From positions 32,001 to 96,000 of IMG/VR virus record IMGVR_UViG_3300025759_000064: 64,000 bases of DNA. One strand, 5' to 3'. The first letter of the stretch is position 1. Each line of letters starts with the position of its first letter. Positions 55,808 to 64,000 of the stretch are shown here, in pieces. The notes under the pieces were generated by a model that saw only the letters and a program-made list of their open reading frames with translations, made no database searches and was not told where the DNA came from. The DNA is from a virus. The translations under genes were made by a program, and so were the position numbers.

Positions 55808-56575
55808 ATGGCTCAGATGACACTTGACAAGAAAGAATGGTTAAGCCATTTAGGTCAATTTGATAGCAACATGAATGATTTGAATGTAAACGTCATGGTC
55901 AATCCTACTTGTTTAGGATATAGTGCCGCTTATCAAACGCATTTCTTGAAAGTGTACTACCACTACCCCGACGCACCTGCTAATGAAGGCACTCTGAATA
56001 TATCAGACTTGGGTAAAACTTGTGCTTTTATTAGCAAGTGCGCTGGACCTGTTACGATTAAACAAATTAAAGGTGGTAAAACTGTCTACATTACAAGCGG
56101 TAAGATGAAAATGAATATACCTGTAACCGATATGAAGAGTAGTCAGTTAGTACCTACGTTTGAGAAGTTAGTAGCGAAGGCGGAGAAGGCTGAATGGGCA
56201 TCCTTCGGTCAGGACACTTACACTTTGAAAGGTAAAACTCAGATGACCGACATACTCAAATTAGCGACATTGAAATCGATAGTTAACAAGGATTCTGACT
56301 ACAAATTGACTGCCGATGCAGATTCGTCTGAACTTACAATATCTGTGGGTAAAGCCCACGATGTCAAATTATTTGCTACAAGTGAACTGAGAGAGGCAGA
56401 AGGACCAAAGCATTCAGTGTCCTCTAGTTTCGGTCCTTGGCTTCTTCCATGTTTAGGTTTAGTTAATCCTAAGATGGTGTCAAGGATACACTTTGGTGAT
56501 TCTGTGGGTTTAGTGGTAAGACAATCTGATAATATGGTAAAGCGCTTATTGATAATTATAGACCAACAGGAATGA
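55808..56575 (+). CDS. Putative sliding clamp (PCNA-like)
   Basis: 255 aa with a two-domain helix/strand pattern; directly before PolB in the RFC operon. Confidence 0.55.
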   Translation: MAQMTLDKKEWLSHLGQFDSNMNDLNVNVMVNPTCLGYSAAYQTHFLKVYYHYPDAPANEGTLNISDLGKTCAFISKCAGPVTIKQIKGGKTVYITSGKMKMNIPVTDMKSSQLVPTFEKLVAKAEKAEWASFGQDTYTLKGKTQMTDILKLATLKSIVNKDSDYKLTADADSSELTISVGKAHDVKLFATSELREAEGPKHSVSSSFGPWLLPCLGLVNPKMVSRIHFGDSVGLVVRQSDNMVKRLLIIIDQQE

Positions 56576-56580
56576 GATGA

Positions 56581-59016
56581 ATGATAATTGATTATTACTA
56601 TCCCGAAGATGAATGGGAAGGTGTAGGTTACCCTCACGTTTACATGAGGCATAGAGGGGCTAGTGGTGAGTTGGTTGAATTAACCATAGACCCTAACGAT
56701 ACGGATATTGATTTTAGCACATATGTGCCGTGTCATTGCTGGATTGCGGCTAACACACATGCTAGGAGAATAAGTAGAGTAGTGGCTAGGTATCCGGGCA
56801 CTAGAGTCAGGTACGACATTACTGCTACTGGTTTAGACGGCGTTCCTCTAATGAGATTCGATGTTCCTAATCCAGCGCATCTATATGATATTAGGAATGA
56901 AATACGAACTTATGAAGCCGATATTAATTACAATGATATGTTAATCAAACATATGTATCCTAAGGCAAAGGATATACCTGACTTTCAACCTAGAATATGG
57001 TATTTCGATATGGAATGGCAACCGGAAGGATGTCCTAATGAGGGTGCTACTACAATGATTGCTATTGATGATACACACGCAGAATATCCGGTTGTATTCG
57101 CTTGGAAGAGTGACGGGTCTGCGTTAGTAGGAGATGCATACGTAAAGTATGTGAGAAACAATCCTAAGATTGAGACACCGACTATTGATTTTATCGATAG
57201 AGAAAGCGGTTATATGTTGTATATGTGTAAAGATGAAGGTGCTATGCATGAAGCATTCTTAGAACATTTAGAAGAGTGTGACCCTGACATGCTTGTGGCT
57301 CACTCAATACTATGGGCTGATTTACCCCAGTTAGTTAGAAGATTGGGTAATGAATCTGAGAGGCTTAGTCCTGTTAGACAAGTGATAAGACCTCACAAGA
57401 AAAATGGATACAGAGAGAACAGTCAACCTATACTTGGTAGACTATGTTACGATACCGCACTGTCTTGGGAGAAAGGTAGTGGTCTTGAGGCTATGTGGCA
57501 GAAGAGCGGCAACGGTCAATTTAGAAATAAGAAGTTGGCTACTATTGCAGAAGATTTAGAATTAGACAAAGAGTTTGGTGAAGAAGGCGCTAAGATGGAT
57601 GCGGATGTATTCACATGGTGGATAGATAACTTTGATGAGTTTGTCGATTATTGCGTGCGTGATACTACACTTCTTAGGAAATGCACTGAGAAGGTGAAGG
57701 CTATACCATATCATCTTGCTATGCAAAAACACTGCGGCGTATCTTTCAGAAGCACGTGTAATGTATCCAATTATATCAGAGGATTAATCTCACGTGAAAC
57801 TGATTTGAAGGCTTTAACGACATACAACAGGCAAAGAGAAGAGTATGCTGCTGCTAACGTACCTGACACTGTTGGGGGTAGACATAGAGGAGTTGCTTGT
57901 ATTGATTTCAAGGCTATGTATCCTATACTGATAGTAGACGCAAATCTCTGTGTCACTACTAAGATGAGACATGGTGGGGATGGTATACGTAGTGTTCCTA
58001 ATGGTACTTACTGGTCTAATGAGAAGGGTGTAATACCAACTATTATCGCTAGTATGTTAGAACTGCGTGGAGAATATAAGGCTCTGTTGAAAGCGGCAAA
58101 AACTGACGAAGAGCGACTACAATACAACATGATGCAGACGGCTGTCAAAGTGGCTACAAATGCCGTGTATGGTTATGTATCTCAGAAGGCCGTTGGTGGC
58201 GGGTGGATAGACCCTGACATCGGTGCTACGATTACATATTACGGTAGGCAATGTATCAATACTTTACTCTTAGAAAGTGAGAAAGCGGGATATAGAGCGC
58301 TTGCTGGGCACACAGACTCAGGTTACATACAGATACCATTCGATGAAATAGATACTCATGTAAATGATTTGAATAAGATAATACGAGAAAGGTTTGATTT
58401 GCCTTCTATGGAAATTGAACTAGAAGCGTATTTCGATTACTGGTTAACTGCCGATGTGAAGAATCAGAACTTCGGTATCTTTGTATGGCCTGAGGAAAAG
58501 AAGGGTCAGTTGAAAGTTACCGGATTCTCATACAAAGCATCTAGCGTATCTCCTATCACCAAACAGATACAAGGGCGAATCTTCAATATGATAGGCACTG
58601 GTGCTGAGGAAGATGAGGTTACAAACTTCATTAGACCAATTGCTCTATCTGTAATTAAGGGCGAGAAAGGTGCGGAAGAACTTGCACCGTATGGTCGTAT
58701 AGGTAAAGAAAAATATGCGCGTGTGCCCCCTATGCCAGTAAGAGGCGCTTACTACTATAACGAGCATATCAACCCTAGAGAGCCTTTCAAAGTGGGAGAT
58801 AGCCTACAATGGGTTTACACAAAAGCATCTCCTGATGGTATGGTACATACTAACGTAGTGGGCTTTAGGTCAGTGGATGAGATTGATAATTTTGTTATCG
58901 ACTACAATACCTGTGTTGAAAAGTTCATCACAAGGAAAATTAAGAATATTTACAGTGTATTAGATTGGGATTTAGATGCGGCTGTTGGGGCTAAAAGGCC
59001 GAAGAAACATTGGTGA
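56581..59016 (+). CDS. polB: Family B DNA polymerase
   Basis: Exo I FDME, Exo III YCVRD, motif A IDFKAMYP, motif B KVATNAVYG, motif C GHTDS. Confidence 0.95.
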   Translation: MIIDYYYPEDEWEGVGYPHVYMRHRGASGELVELTIDPNDTDIDFSTYVPCHCWIAANTHARRISRVVARYPGTRVRYDITATGLDGVPLMRFDVPNPAHLYDIRNEIRTYEADINYNDMLIKHMYPKAKDIPDFQPRIWYFDMEWQPEGCPNEGATTMIAIDDTHAEYPVVFAWKSDGSALVGDAYVKYVRNNPKIETPTIDFIDRESGYMLYMCKDEGAMHEAFLEHLEECDPDMLVAHSILWADLPQLVRRLGNESERLSPVRQVIRPHKKNGYRENSQPILGRLCYDTALSWEKGSGLEAMWQKSGNGQFRNKKLATIAEDLELDKEFGEEGAKMDADVFTWWIDNFDEFVDYCVRDTTLLRKCTEKVKAIPYHLAMQKHCGVSFRSTCNVSNYIRGLISRETDLKALTTYNRQREEYAAANVPDTVGGRHRGVACIDFKAMYPILIVDANLCVTTKMRHGGDGIRSVPNGTYWSNEKGVIPTIIASMLELRGEYKALLKAAKTDEERLQYNMMQTAVKVATNAVYGYVSQKAVGGGWIDPDIGATITYYGRQCINTLLLESEKAGYRALAGHTDSGYIQIPFDEIDTHVNDLNKIIRERFDLPSMEIELEAYFDYWLTADVKNQNFGIFVWPEEKKGQLKVTGFSYKASSVSPITKQIQGRIFNMIGTGAEEDEVTNFIRPIALSVIKGEKGAEELAPYGRIGKEKYARVPPMPVRGAYYYNEHINPREPFKVGDSLQWVYTKASPDGMVHTNVVGFRSVDEIDNFVIDYNTCVEKFITRKIKNIYSVLDWDLDAAVGAKRPKKHW

Positions 59017-59020
59017 TTGT

Positions 59021-59206
59021 ATGAGTAAGATAGAAGATATAGTAATAGAAAAAATAACTGCAAGAGCAGAATTGGGTCAGCGTAAATATAACACTACGAT
59101 GGAGAGAAGCGATTTAACTCGTAAAGCGTGGTTAATTCACGCTCAAGAAGAAGCGCTAGACCTAGCAGTTTATTTGCAGAAATTGATAATGTTGGAGGAA
59201 GAGTAG
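59021..59206 (+). CDS. Small all-alpha NTP-pyrophosphatase-like viral protein
   Basis: G..KY.TT..R.DL...WL.HAQEE.LD...YL. Confidence 0.55.
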   Translation: MSKIEDIVIEKITARAELGQRKYNTTMERSDLTRKAWLIHAQEEALDLAVYLQKLIMLEEE

Positions 59207-59395
59207 ATGCCAAAACGTAGTGTTCACATACGAAATGAAAATCTAAAGAAGTGGGAGGCTATTTCTGAAAAAAGCGTATGGATTAACAATATTTTATCAT
59301 CATGGTCTATAAAAGACCTTGAGAGACTAAAAACGGAAAACCCTTATTCAAAACTTGAAAGAAGAGTGGCTAAGTTAGAGGGGATGATGAAATGA
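59207..59395 (+). CDS. Ribbon-helix-helix-like small protein
   Basis: RSVHI strand followed by two helices (KSVWIN). Confidence 0.45.
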   Translation: MPKRSVHIRNENLKKWEAISEKSVWINNILSSWSIKDLERLKTENPYSKLERRVAKLEGMMK

Positions 59396-59529
59396 CTAGG
59401 TTTCAGATAGTAAAATGCTTTTGTGGATGGCAAGGTGAGAAGGGTATCTATATGGTAAAAGGTGTACCTACTTGCCCTAACTGCCGAAGAGCACTTTCAG
59501 CGTTAAAATGTGAGGGGTGTTCCGAATGA
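59392..59529 (+). CDS. Small Zn-finger protein (45 aa)
   Basis: Manual translation MTRFQIVKCFCGWQG...CPNC...CEGCSE; ATGA-coupled at both ends. Confidence 0.6.
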   Translation: MTRFQIVKCFCGWQGEKGIYMVKGVPTCPNCRRALSALKCEGCSE

Positions 59530-60539
59530 GTGAGTTTATGAAGTTCAATCCTAACAAGGAGAGTCTAGGTGATAGAGGCGCTGAGGCTCATACTCTTGAG
59601 TTGTTAGAATCTTACAACAACAGTGCGTATGCTTGGCAACCGGGTATGGTTAAACATTTGAGAGTTAGTAAATCATCTCTTAATGCACATGGTTGGTGTG
59701 GCTATTCTTACAAGATGAAATACATCTATCGTTTATCTGAGGCAGAGACAGAAGACATGGTAAGGGGTACTAACGTACACAATATTGTAGAATACTTTTG
59801 GGACTATGCGCCTGACAAGATAGATGAAACCTTGAGTCTTATCGACGATGGTAAAGAATTGTTAGCCAAAGACTTGATGTACAGTGTAATTCCTAAACCT
59901 CCTAAACCATATTTGTTAGGAGAAGAAGAAATTATACAGCAATGGTTCGATTGGCAATGGGATAGGTTTCTTGTAACTAGAGGTGTTAACTGGGCAGCCA
60001 AAGGTAACGAGGTATCTGCACACGCTCTAATTCATGTAGAAGTAGACGGTGAAGAATACCCAGTACATCTACGCGGATTCATTGATACTATCTTCTCTGA
60101 TGGAGAAGGAGGCTTTGTATTGATGGAATTAAAAACTGGTAAATGGAAGCAGAAAAAGACCGCAAAGAAGATGCGAGAAGAAATGCAATTTTACAGGCTG
60201 ATGCTGGATGAAGGGGAGTTCTCAGATTGGTTGCCAGTAACGCATTGGGCTTGGGAGTTCCCTAGAGGATGGGCTAACGGTGGAGATAAAGCCAATTGGG
60301 AAATAGAAGAGGTTGGCTCAAAGATAACTAGGTATGCACCTAGAACAGTACAAAACAAACTAAAGAAATTAGTAAAAGCGCACATAACAGACTCATTTGA
60401 GCCTGAACCATTTAACTATACAGATTGGAAAGGAAACGTAGTTTCTAGTTGCCAATTTTGTAGTTTCATGGAATTATGCCCTGCGTGGGGCAACAACTTA
60501 GACAGTCAAACAGAAATAGACATGGAGGACATAGAATGA
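59526..60539 (+). CDS. Cas4-like PD-(D/E)XK exonuclease
   Basis: C...RGFID...ELKTG...QFY...CxxCxxxxxC. Confidence 0.85.
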   Translation: MSEFMKFNPNKESLGDRGAEAHTLELLESYNNSAYAWQPGMVKHLRVSKSSLNAHGWCGYSYKMKYIYRLSEAETEDMVRGTNVHNIVEYFWDYAPDKIDETLSLIDDGKELLAKDLMYSVIPKPPKPYLLGEEEIIQQWFDWQWDRFLVTRGVNWAAKGNEVSAHALIHVEVDGEEYPVHLRGFIDTIFSDGEGGFVLMELKTGKWKQKKTAKKMREEMQFYRLMLDEGEFSDWLPVTHWAWEFPRGWANGGDKANWEIEEVGSKITRYAPRTVQNKLKKLVKAHITDSFEPEPFNYTDWKGNVVSSCQFCSFMELCPAWGNNLDSQTEIDMEDIE

Positions 60540-60877
60540 AAGTATATAGAGAGACAGATGAGATAACAGCAATAAGAAGAACAATCAAAACAGAATTAAC
60601 CAAATTGATTGATAGACCTGAAACGGAACTAACCGTAGTAGACGGTATGATAAAAGATGATTTATACAGAGTTGATATAGGTGAACAGATGACGTTACGA
60701 GCATTTACAGAAGAGGATGGAGTAGCCTCTTTTCCCGTAATAATAGTGACGTTAGATAAGCGAATATACAGGTCTTCATTTTGTCGTGACCAAGAGAATA
60801 TAGAAATGCTTGCTACTTTGATATATGGAACGATAAACAATAAAATCAAAAGTCAAGGTCTAAACAAATACTGGTGA
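60536..60877 (+). CDS. Hypothetical protein
   Basis: ATG at 60536, GGAGG SD. Confidence 0.6.
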   Translation: MKVYRETDEITAIRRTIKTELTKLIDRPETELTVVDGMIKDDLYRVDIGEQMTLRAFTEEDGVASFPVIIVTLDKRIYRSSFCRDQENIEMLATLIYGTINNKIKSQGLNKYW

Positions 60878-60881
60878 TTGT

Positions 60882-61979
60882 GTGCCATTCATACCACTTG
60901 ACTTTCCGAGGGAAGTCTTGGAATTAAGCGCTCATGGTGGTCATGGCGGGCGTTACCTTGTAAGGAACTGGGAAGAACTAGAAAGATACTGGAAAGGTAA
61001 AAATGGAAGCGGAAACGCTTACTTTACTGCTTACGGGTACAGACGAACTCAAGCGCCTAGACACCATAGAGCGGAATACAACACAGCCATAGTTAGACAC
61101 TTTGTCATGGACTTCGACTGTAAAGACTTCAAACAGAAAGGTAAGAGCGTAGAGTTTTCTTTCATGCATGAGCAGGTAAAGAGACTACATCAGCATTTAT
61201 TAGATAACGACTATCATCATTTTATTTATTTCTCAGGCGGAGGATTCCATATTTGGATTCCTTTTGAAGAGGCATTCCTCCCTACTGATGGATTAGAAGT
61301 TACTAGATTGAAAAGTGCAGGTAAGATGCTTATGATGAATTGGCACGATGCGTTAGACCTTTCTTGTAATGACCCGACAGTGGCATTTGATTTAGCGGGT
61401 ATGATAAGGATACCCAACTCATACAATATGAAACGTGGATGTTGGTCTACACCTCTTACCTCAGAAGAAGTATTGACTCTTGAACATGAAGATTTGTTAG
61501 ATTTAGCACAAGAGCCTAGAGGTGGGTATATACTTCTGGGAGAAAAACCGATTAAACTCGCACTACCTGAGAAAAAGACGGGCGTATTCGCTGTGAATAA
61601 AAAGAAAGTGGGTGATTTACCCACTATCTCATTAGGTAAGATACAGGTACTACCATGTCTAGCACAAGCGGCTTTAGGTGAGGGTAATCCTATCCATAGG
61701 GCTAGGTATCATCTAGCCTCATATCTAGCCCATAGACTAAGGTGGTTCTTTCCAATAGATAGAGTAGAGGAAAAAGAATTAGATAGCCATGTGGAACAGA
61801 TAATTGAGATTTGTTCTGAACAAGGTTGGGCTGATTACAACGAAGATACTACTAGAATGCAAACAGAGAGTATAGTTTACAAAGGATACCCCCACGCCAA
61901 ATGTAGCACTTTGATGGAAGAGGGCTTCTGCACAGGTAAGTGTAGATTCTACGATGGAACAGGAGAAGGATTAACATGA
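60882..61979 (+). CDS. Archaeo-eukaryotic primase, PriS fused to a PriL-like C-terminal domain
   Basis: DFD, SGGGFH, RIPNS; C-terminal LPC..H.AR..LA.YL..C..C...C. Confidence 0.85.
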   Translation: MPFIPLDFPREVLELSAHGGHGGRYLVRNWEELERYWKGKNGSGNAYFTAYGYRRTQAPRHHRAEYNTAIVRHFVMDFDCKDFKQKGKSVEFSFMHEQVKRLHQHLLDNDYHHFIYFSGGGFHIWIPFEEAFLPTDGLEVTRLKSAGKMLMMNWHDALDLSCNDPTVAFDLAGMIRIPNSYNMKRGCWSTPLTSEEVLTLEHEDLLDLAQEPRGGYILLGEKPIKLALPEKKTGVFAVNKKKVGDLPTISLGKIQVLPCLAQAALGEGNPIHRARYHLASYLAHRLRWFFPIDRVEEKELDSHVEQIIEICSEQGWADYNEDTTRMQTESIVYKGYPHAKCSTLMEEGFCTGKCRFYDGTGEGLT

Positions 61980-62203
61980 AACATATATTCAATTGCTTGC
62001 AATGTGGTGCTAAGTTAGGTACTAGAAACTACACTTCAAGAGGAAAAAGCATAACACATTTCTGTCAACGTTGTTTTAGTAAACCTACCGATGAACATAG
62101 ATGTCACGGTGTAACAGCAAAGAAAGAAAGATGCAAATGTAGAAAAATAAACGGTAGTGATTATTGTAAAGTTCATAAAAAGAGGGGTATAATAGATGGT
62201 TGA
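61976..62203 (+). CDS. Small Zn-finger protein
   Basis: Multiple CxxC motifs and C...T.K..RC...YC..H. Confidence 0.6.
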   Translation: MKHIFNCLQCGAKLGTRNYTSRGKSITHFCQRCFSKPTDEHRCHGVTAKKERCKCRKINGSDYCKVHKKRGIIDG

Positions 62204-62873
62204 TTTAATTATAGATAGTAATGAAAGAGGAAAACTCTGCGAATCTATTATTCGCAAGGCTGAGAAAATAGGCTTGAGGATTGAAAGAAAGCCGTTAATA
62301 GTCGGTGATTATTTACTAGGCGCAGCGTGTGTAGAAGCCAAGTCTGTCAGCGATTTCTTACAATCATGTGATAGCGGCCATCTTTGGAAGCAATTAGACA
62401 ATATGGATGCTAATTATGAACGATTCTTTTTACTAGTACACGGAAGTATATCGCAGTACGTGAAAATGACAAAGACATCGTACAGCAAAACGCAGAATAA
62501 GTTCTTAGGTCTATTAGCCCGCATAATGGCCGATTTCGACTGTCAGGTGATATTCACCCCTAACGTAAGTGAAGCGGCTCTATTTGTCGTTAAACTACAC
62601 AATAAACTACACAAACCAGCGTCAGCACATGGCGCTCAAGCAATTCGTAGAGTAAGTACTAATGATGTGCGTAAAGATGTGCTACTCACAATACCCGGTG
62701 TGGGTAGTATAATGGCAGACAGGTTATTGAAAACTTGCGGCTGTATAGAAGAGATGATGTATGAAGATTCCCTAAAGAAAGTGAAAGGTTTGGGTACAAA
62801 AACTGCGAGAAAGATTGCAGAAGTACTCACTAGCGAACAACCTGTTCATGTGGAAAGGACGGTGTTTCGCTGA
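62196..62873 (+). CDS. ERCC4/XPF-family structure-specific nuclease with HhH motifs
   Basis: IIDSNE, GDY, VEAKSVSDF, IPGVG and VKGLG. Confidence 0.88.
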   Translation: MVDLIIDSNERGKLCESIIRKAEKIGLRIERKPLIVGDYLLGAACVEAKSVSDFLQSCDSGHLWKQLDNMDANYERFFLLVHGSISQYVKMTKTSYSKTQNKFLGLLARIMADFDCQVIFTPNVSEAALFVVKLHNKLHKPASAHGAQAIRRVSTNDVRKDVLLTIPGVGSIMADRLLKTCGCIEEMMYEDSLKKVKGLGTKTARKIAEVLTSEQPVHVERTVFR

Positions 62874-62897
62874 TTGACTATATAAACCGAGATTGAA
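62874..62897 (+). promoter_or_regulatory. 24-bp early promoter cassette, copy 11
   Basis: Exact consensus. Confidence 0.8.
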
Positions 62898-62904
62898 TAG
62901 TCAG

Positions 62905-62978
62905 ATATTCCGATGTATTATCTATACATAGTTACAATTATGTACTCTAGTATAGACGGACAATAGGAATATTCGGAA
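62905..62978. repeat. Imperfect palindromic element upstream of MCM, homologous to 16587-16670
   Basis: ATATTCCGATGT..TATACATA-N8-TATGTACT..TATAGA..GACAATAGGAATATTCGGAA. Confidence 0.65.
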
Positions 62979-63004
62979 GGGTATGAAAAGGAGAGAAGAA
63001 GAAG

Positions 63005-64000
63005 ATGAAGCAAGCAATTGAATATGAAGCAGTAAAGAAATACAAGATTTTTGATGGGTATATCAAACATTTTGGTAATGTATCGATAGATAACGACATC
63101 CCAGCGATGTTATCGTTTTTCTTCATACAGGGACAGTTAGCAGTCCCTTATGTGAGATTACCGTGGGGTGCAAGTCACCTAGACCCTAGAGTGCATTCTT
63201 TTTGGATACAGTCGAGTAGAACAGGGAAGAGCATAGCATGGGAGTTTGTAGGAGACATACTAGAGGACATAGGTGTCCCATCTGATATGTACACCTCAGG
63301 TACAGATGCTGGTCTACTAGGCTCTTTTCACGTAGAGAAGGACGATAACGGACAAGAGAACTACATACACAAAGAAGGACTACTATCAGGGCGTAAGGCG
63401 CTTAATTTTGACGAAGGCTCTATCATACTGAATCCAAGTACCCACAGTCAGCAAACCGTATTGTATCTGCAATCGGCGTGTAATCCGGTGGGAAGCAATA
63501 ACAACAAGTTAGTTCTACAACAGAGAGGCGGAAGAGCAGAAATTGAATCGCTTGTTTCTCTATGGATTACAACTTATCCACCTGCTGGCGTGAAAGAGTA
63601 TGTGTTGACGAAGGGTATCTTTCAGAGAGTACTTTTGTATTGGTCACACTGGGACATGAATAGAAGGAAGAACGTGAGTTTAGTGCGTTCAGAATCAGCA
63701 TTGAAAGTGAAGCCTAAAATGAAAATTACATACGAGGATATAGTCAATTATTTCAAGGACTTGGAAAAGAGAATGAGAAATAAGGTATTGGAAGTTACTG
63801 AGACTTCTTTCGTAGAATGGGATGCTATGGATAGAGAAGAGCAAGAAACACTATTACAGGATAGCATGACATCTATATTTACAGCAGACGATAATACATT
63901 CTATTCAGCCTTTGCTCAATCTATTGATGAGTATTACGAACTTATGAACGGGCTAGGGCCGGGTATCAGTGACGTAGTGGCTTCGTTCATACCTGCTATG
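63005..64000 (+). CDS. MCM-like AAA+ replicative helicase, partial (runs off the window end)
   Basis: Manual translation of the N-terminal part: MKQAIEY...RVHSFWIQSSRTGKS...TDAGLLGS...EGLL...NFDEG. Confidence 0.7.
   Translation, partial: MKQAIEYEAVKKYKIFDGYIKHFGNVSIDNDIPAMLSFFFIQGQLAVPYVRLPWGASHLDPRVHSFWIQSSRTGKSIAWEFVGDILEDIGVPSDMYTSGTDAGLLGSFHVEKDDNGQENYIHKEGLLSGRKALNFDEGSIILNPSTHSQQTVLYLQSACNPVGSNNNKLVLQQRGGRAEIESLVSLWITTYPPAGVKEYVLTKGIFQRVLLYWSHWDMNRRKNVSLVRSESALKVKPKMKITYEDIVNYFKDLEKRMRNKVLEVTETSFVEWDAMDREEQETLLQDSMTSIFTADDNTFYSAFAQSIDEYYELMNGLGPGISDVVASFIPAM

Noticed and set aside
100-62830. Numerous 60-130-aa antisense or nested ORFs in the track
   Set aside because: They are shadows of longer coupled genes on the coding strand, with no motifs or ribosome-binding sites.
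25733-62897. 24-bp repeats plus a Cas4-like gene read as a CRISPR system
   Set aside because: The repeats are kilobases apart with genes between them, not 30-40-bp spacers. The nuclease is a solo Cas4-like gene in the replication operon, and there are no other cas genes.
1-64000. tRNA/rRNA genes, integrase, major capsid protein and prohead protease
   Set aside because: None is recognisable by eye. Capsid, protease and tail genes probably lie beyond the window start, so the protease invoked in the leader hypothesis is not observed here.

Overview
This is a 64-kb segment of an archaeal head-tail virus (Caudoviricetes). It is most plausibly a magrovirus-like virus of marine Poseidoniales (MGII Euryarchaeota); the host assignment is inference. 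The window has two divergent blocks. Positions 1-25.2 kb (minus strand) hold the late/morphogenesis genes: portal, a LAGLIDADG protein, terminase, large low-complexity virion proteins, an Arf-like GTPase with membrane proteins, and a cluster of small cargo-like genes (3 GNATs, 2 ART-like domains, basic Cys-rich mini-proteins) plus an HMG-CoA lyase. Positions 25.7-64 kb (plus strand) hold early and replication genes: ArdC, SNF2/HARP helicase, a His-swivel phosphotransferase paired with a CX5R phosphatase, PC4, a DenV-like glycosylase, a kinase, a degenerate ligase, RFC, a split ATPase, a probable PCNA, PolB, a Cas4-like nuclease, a fused AEP primase, ERCC4 and a partial MCM. The best candidate for an undescribed system is a shared ~12-aa leader, (A/P)F(D/E)xAWxxLK, with an internal variant PM(D/E)IAxQLLK. 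It is attached to ten otherwise unrelated proteins and divides polyproteins into modules, which suggests a capsid-loading or maturation-cleavage tag for swappable injected effectors. Non-coding structure includes 11 near-identical 24-bp TATA-containing early-promoter cassettes, a GCGTAATG iteron field at the divergence point, a ~75-bp quasi-palindrome present at three loci, and a ~180-nt structured RNA candidate. All functional calls come from reading motifs by eye; no searches were run.
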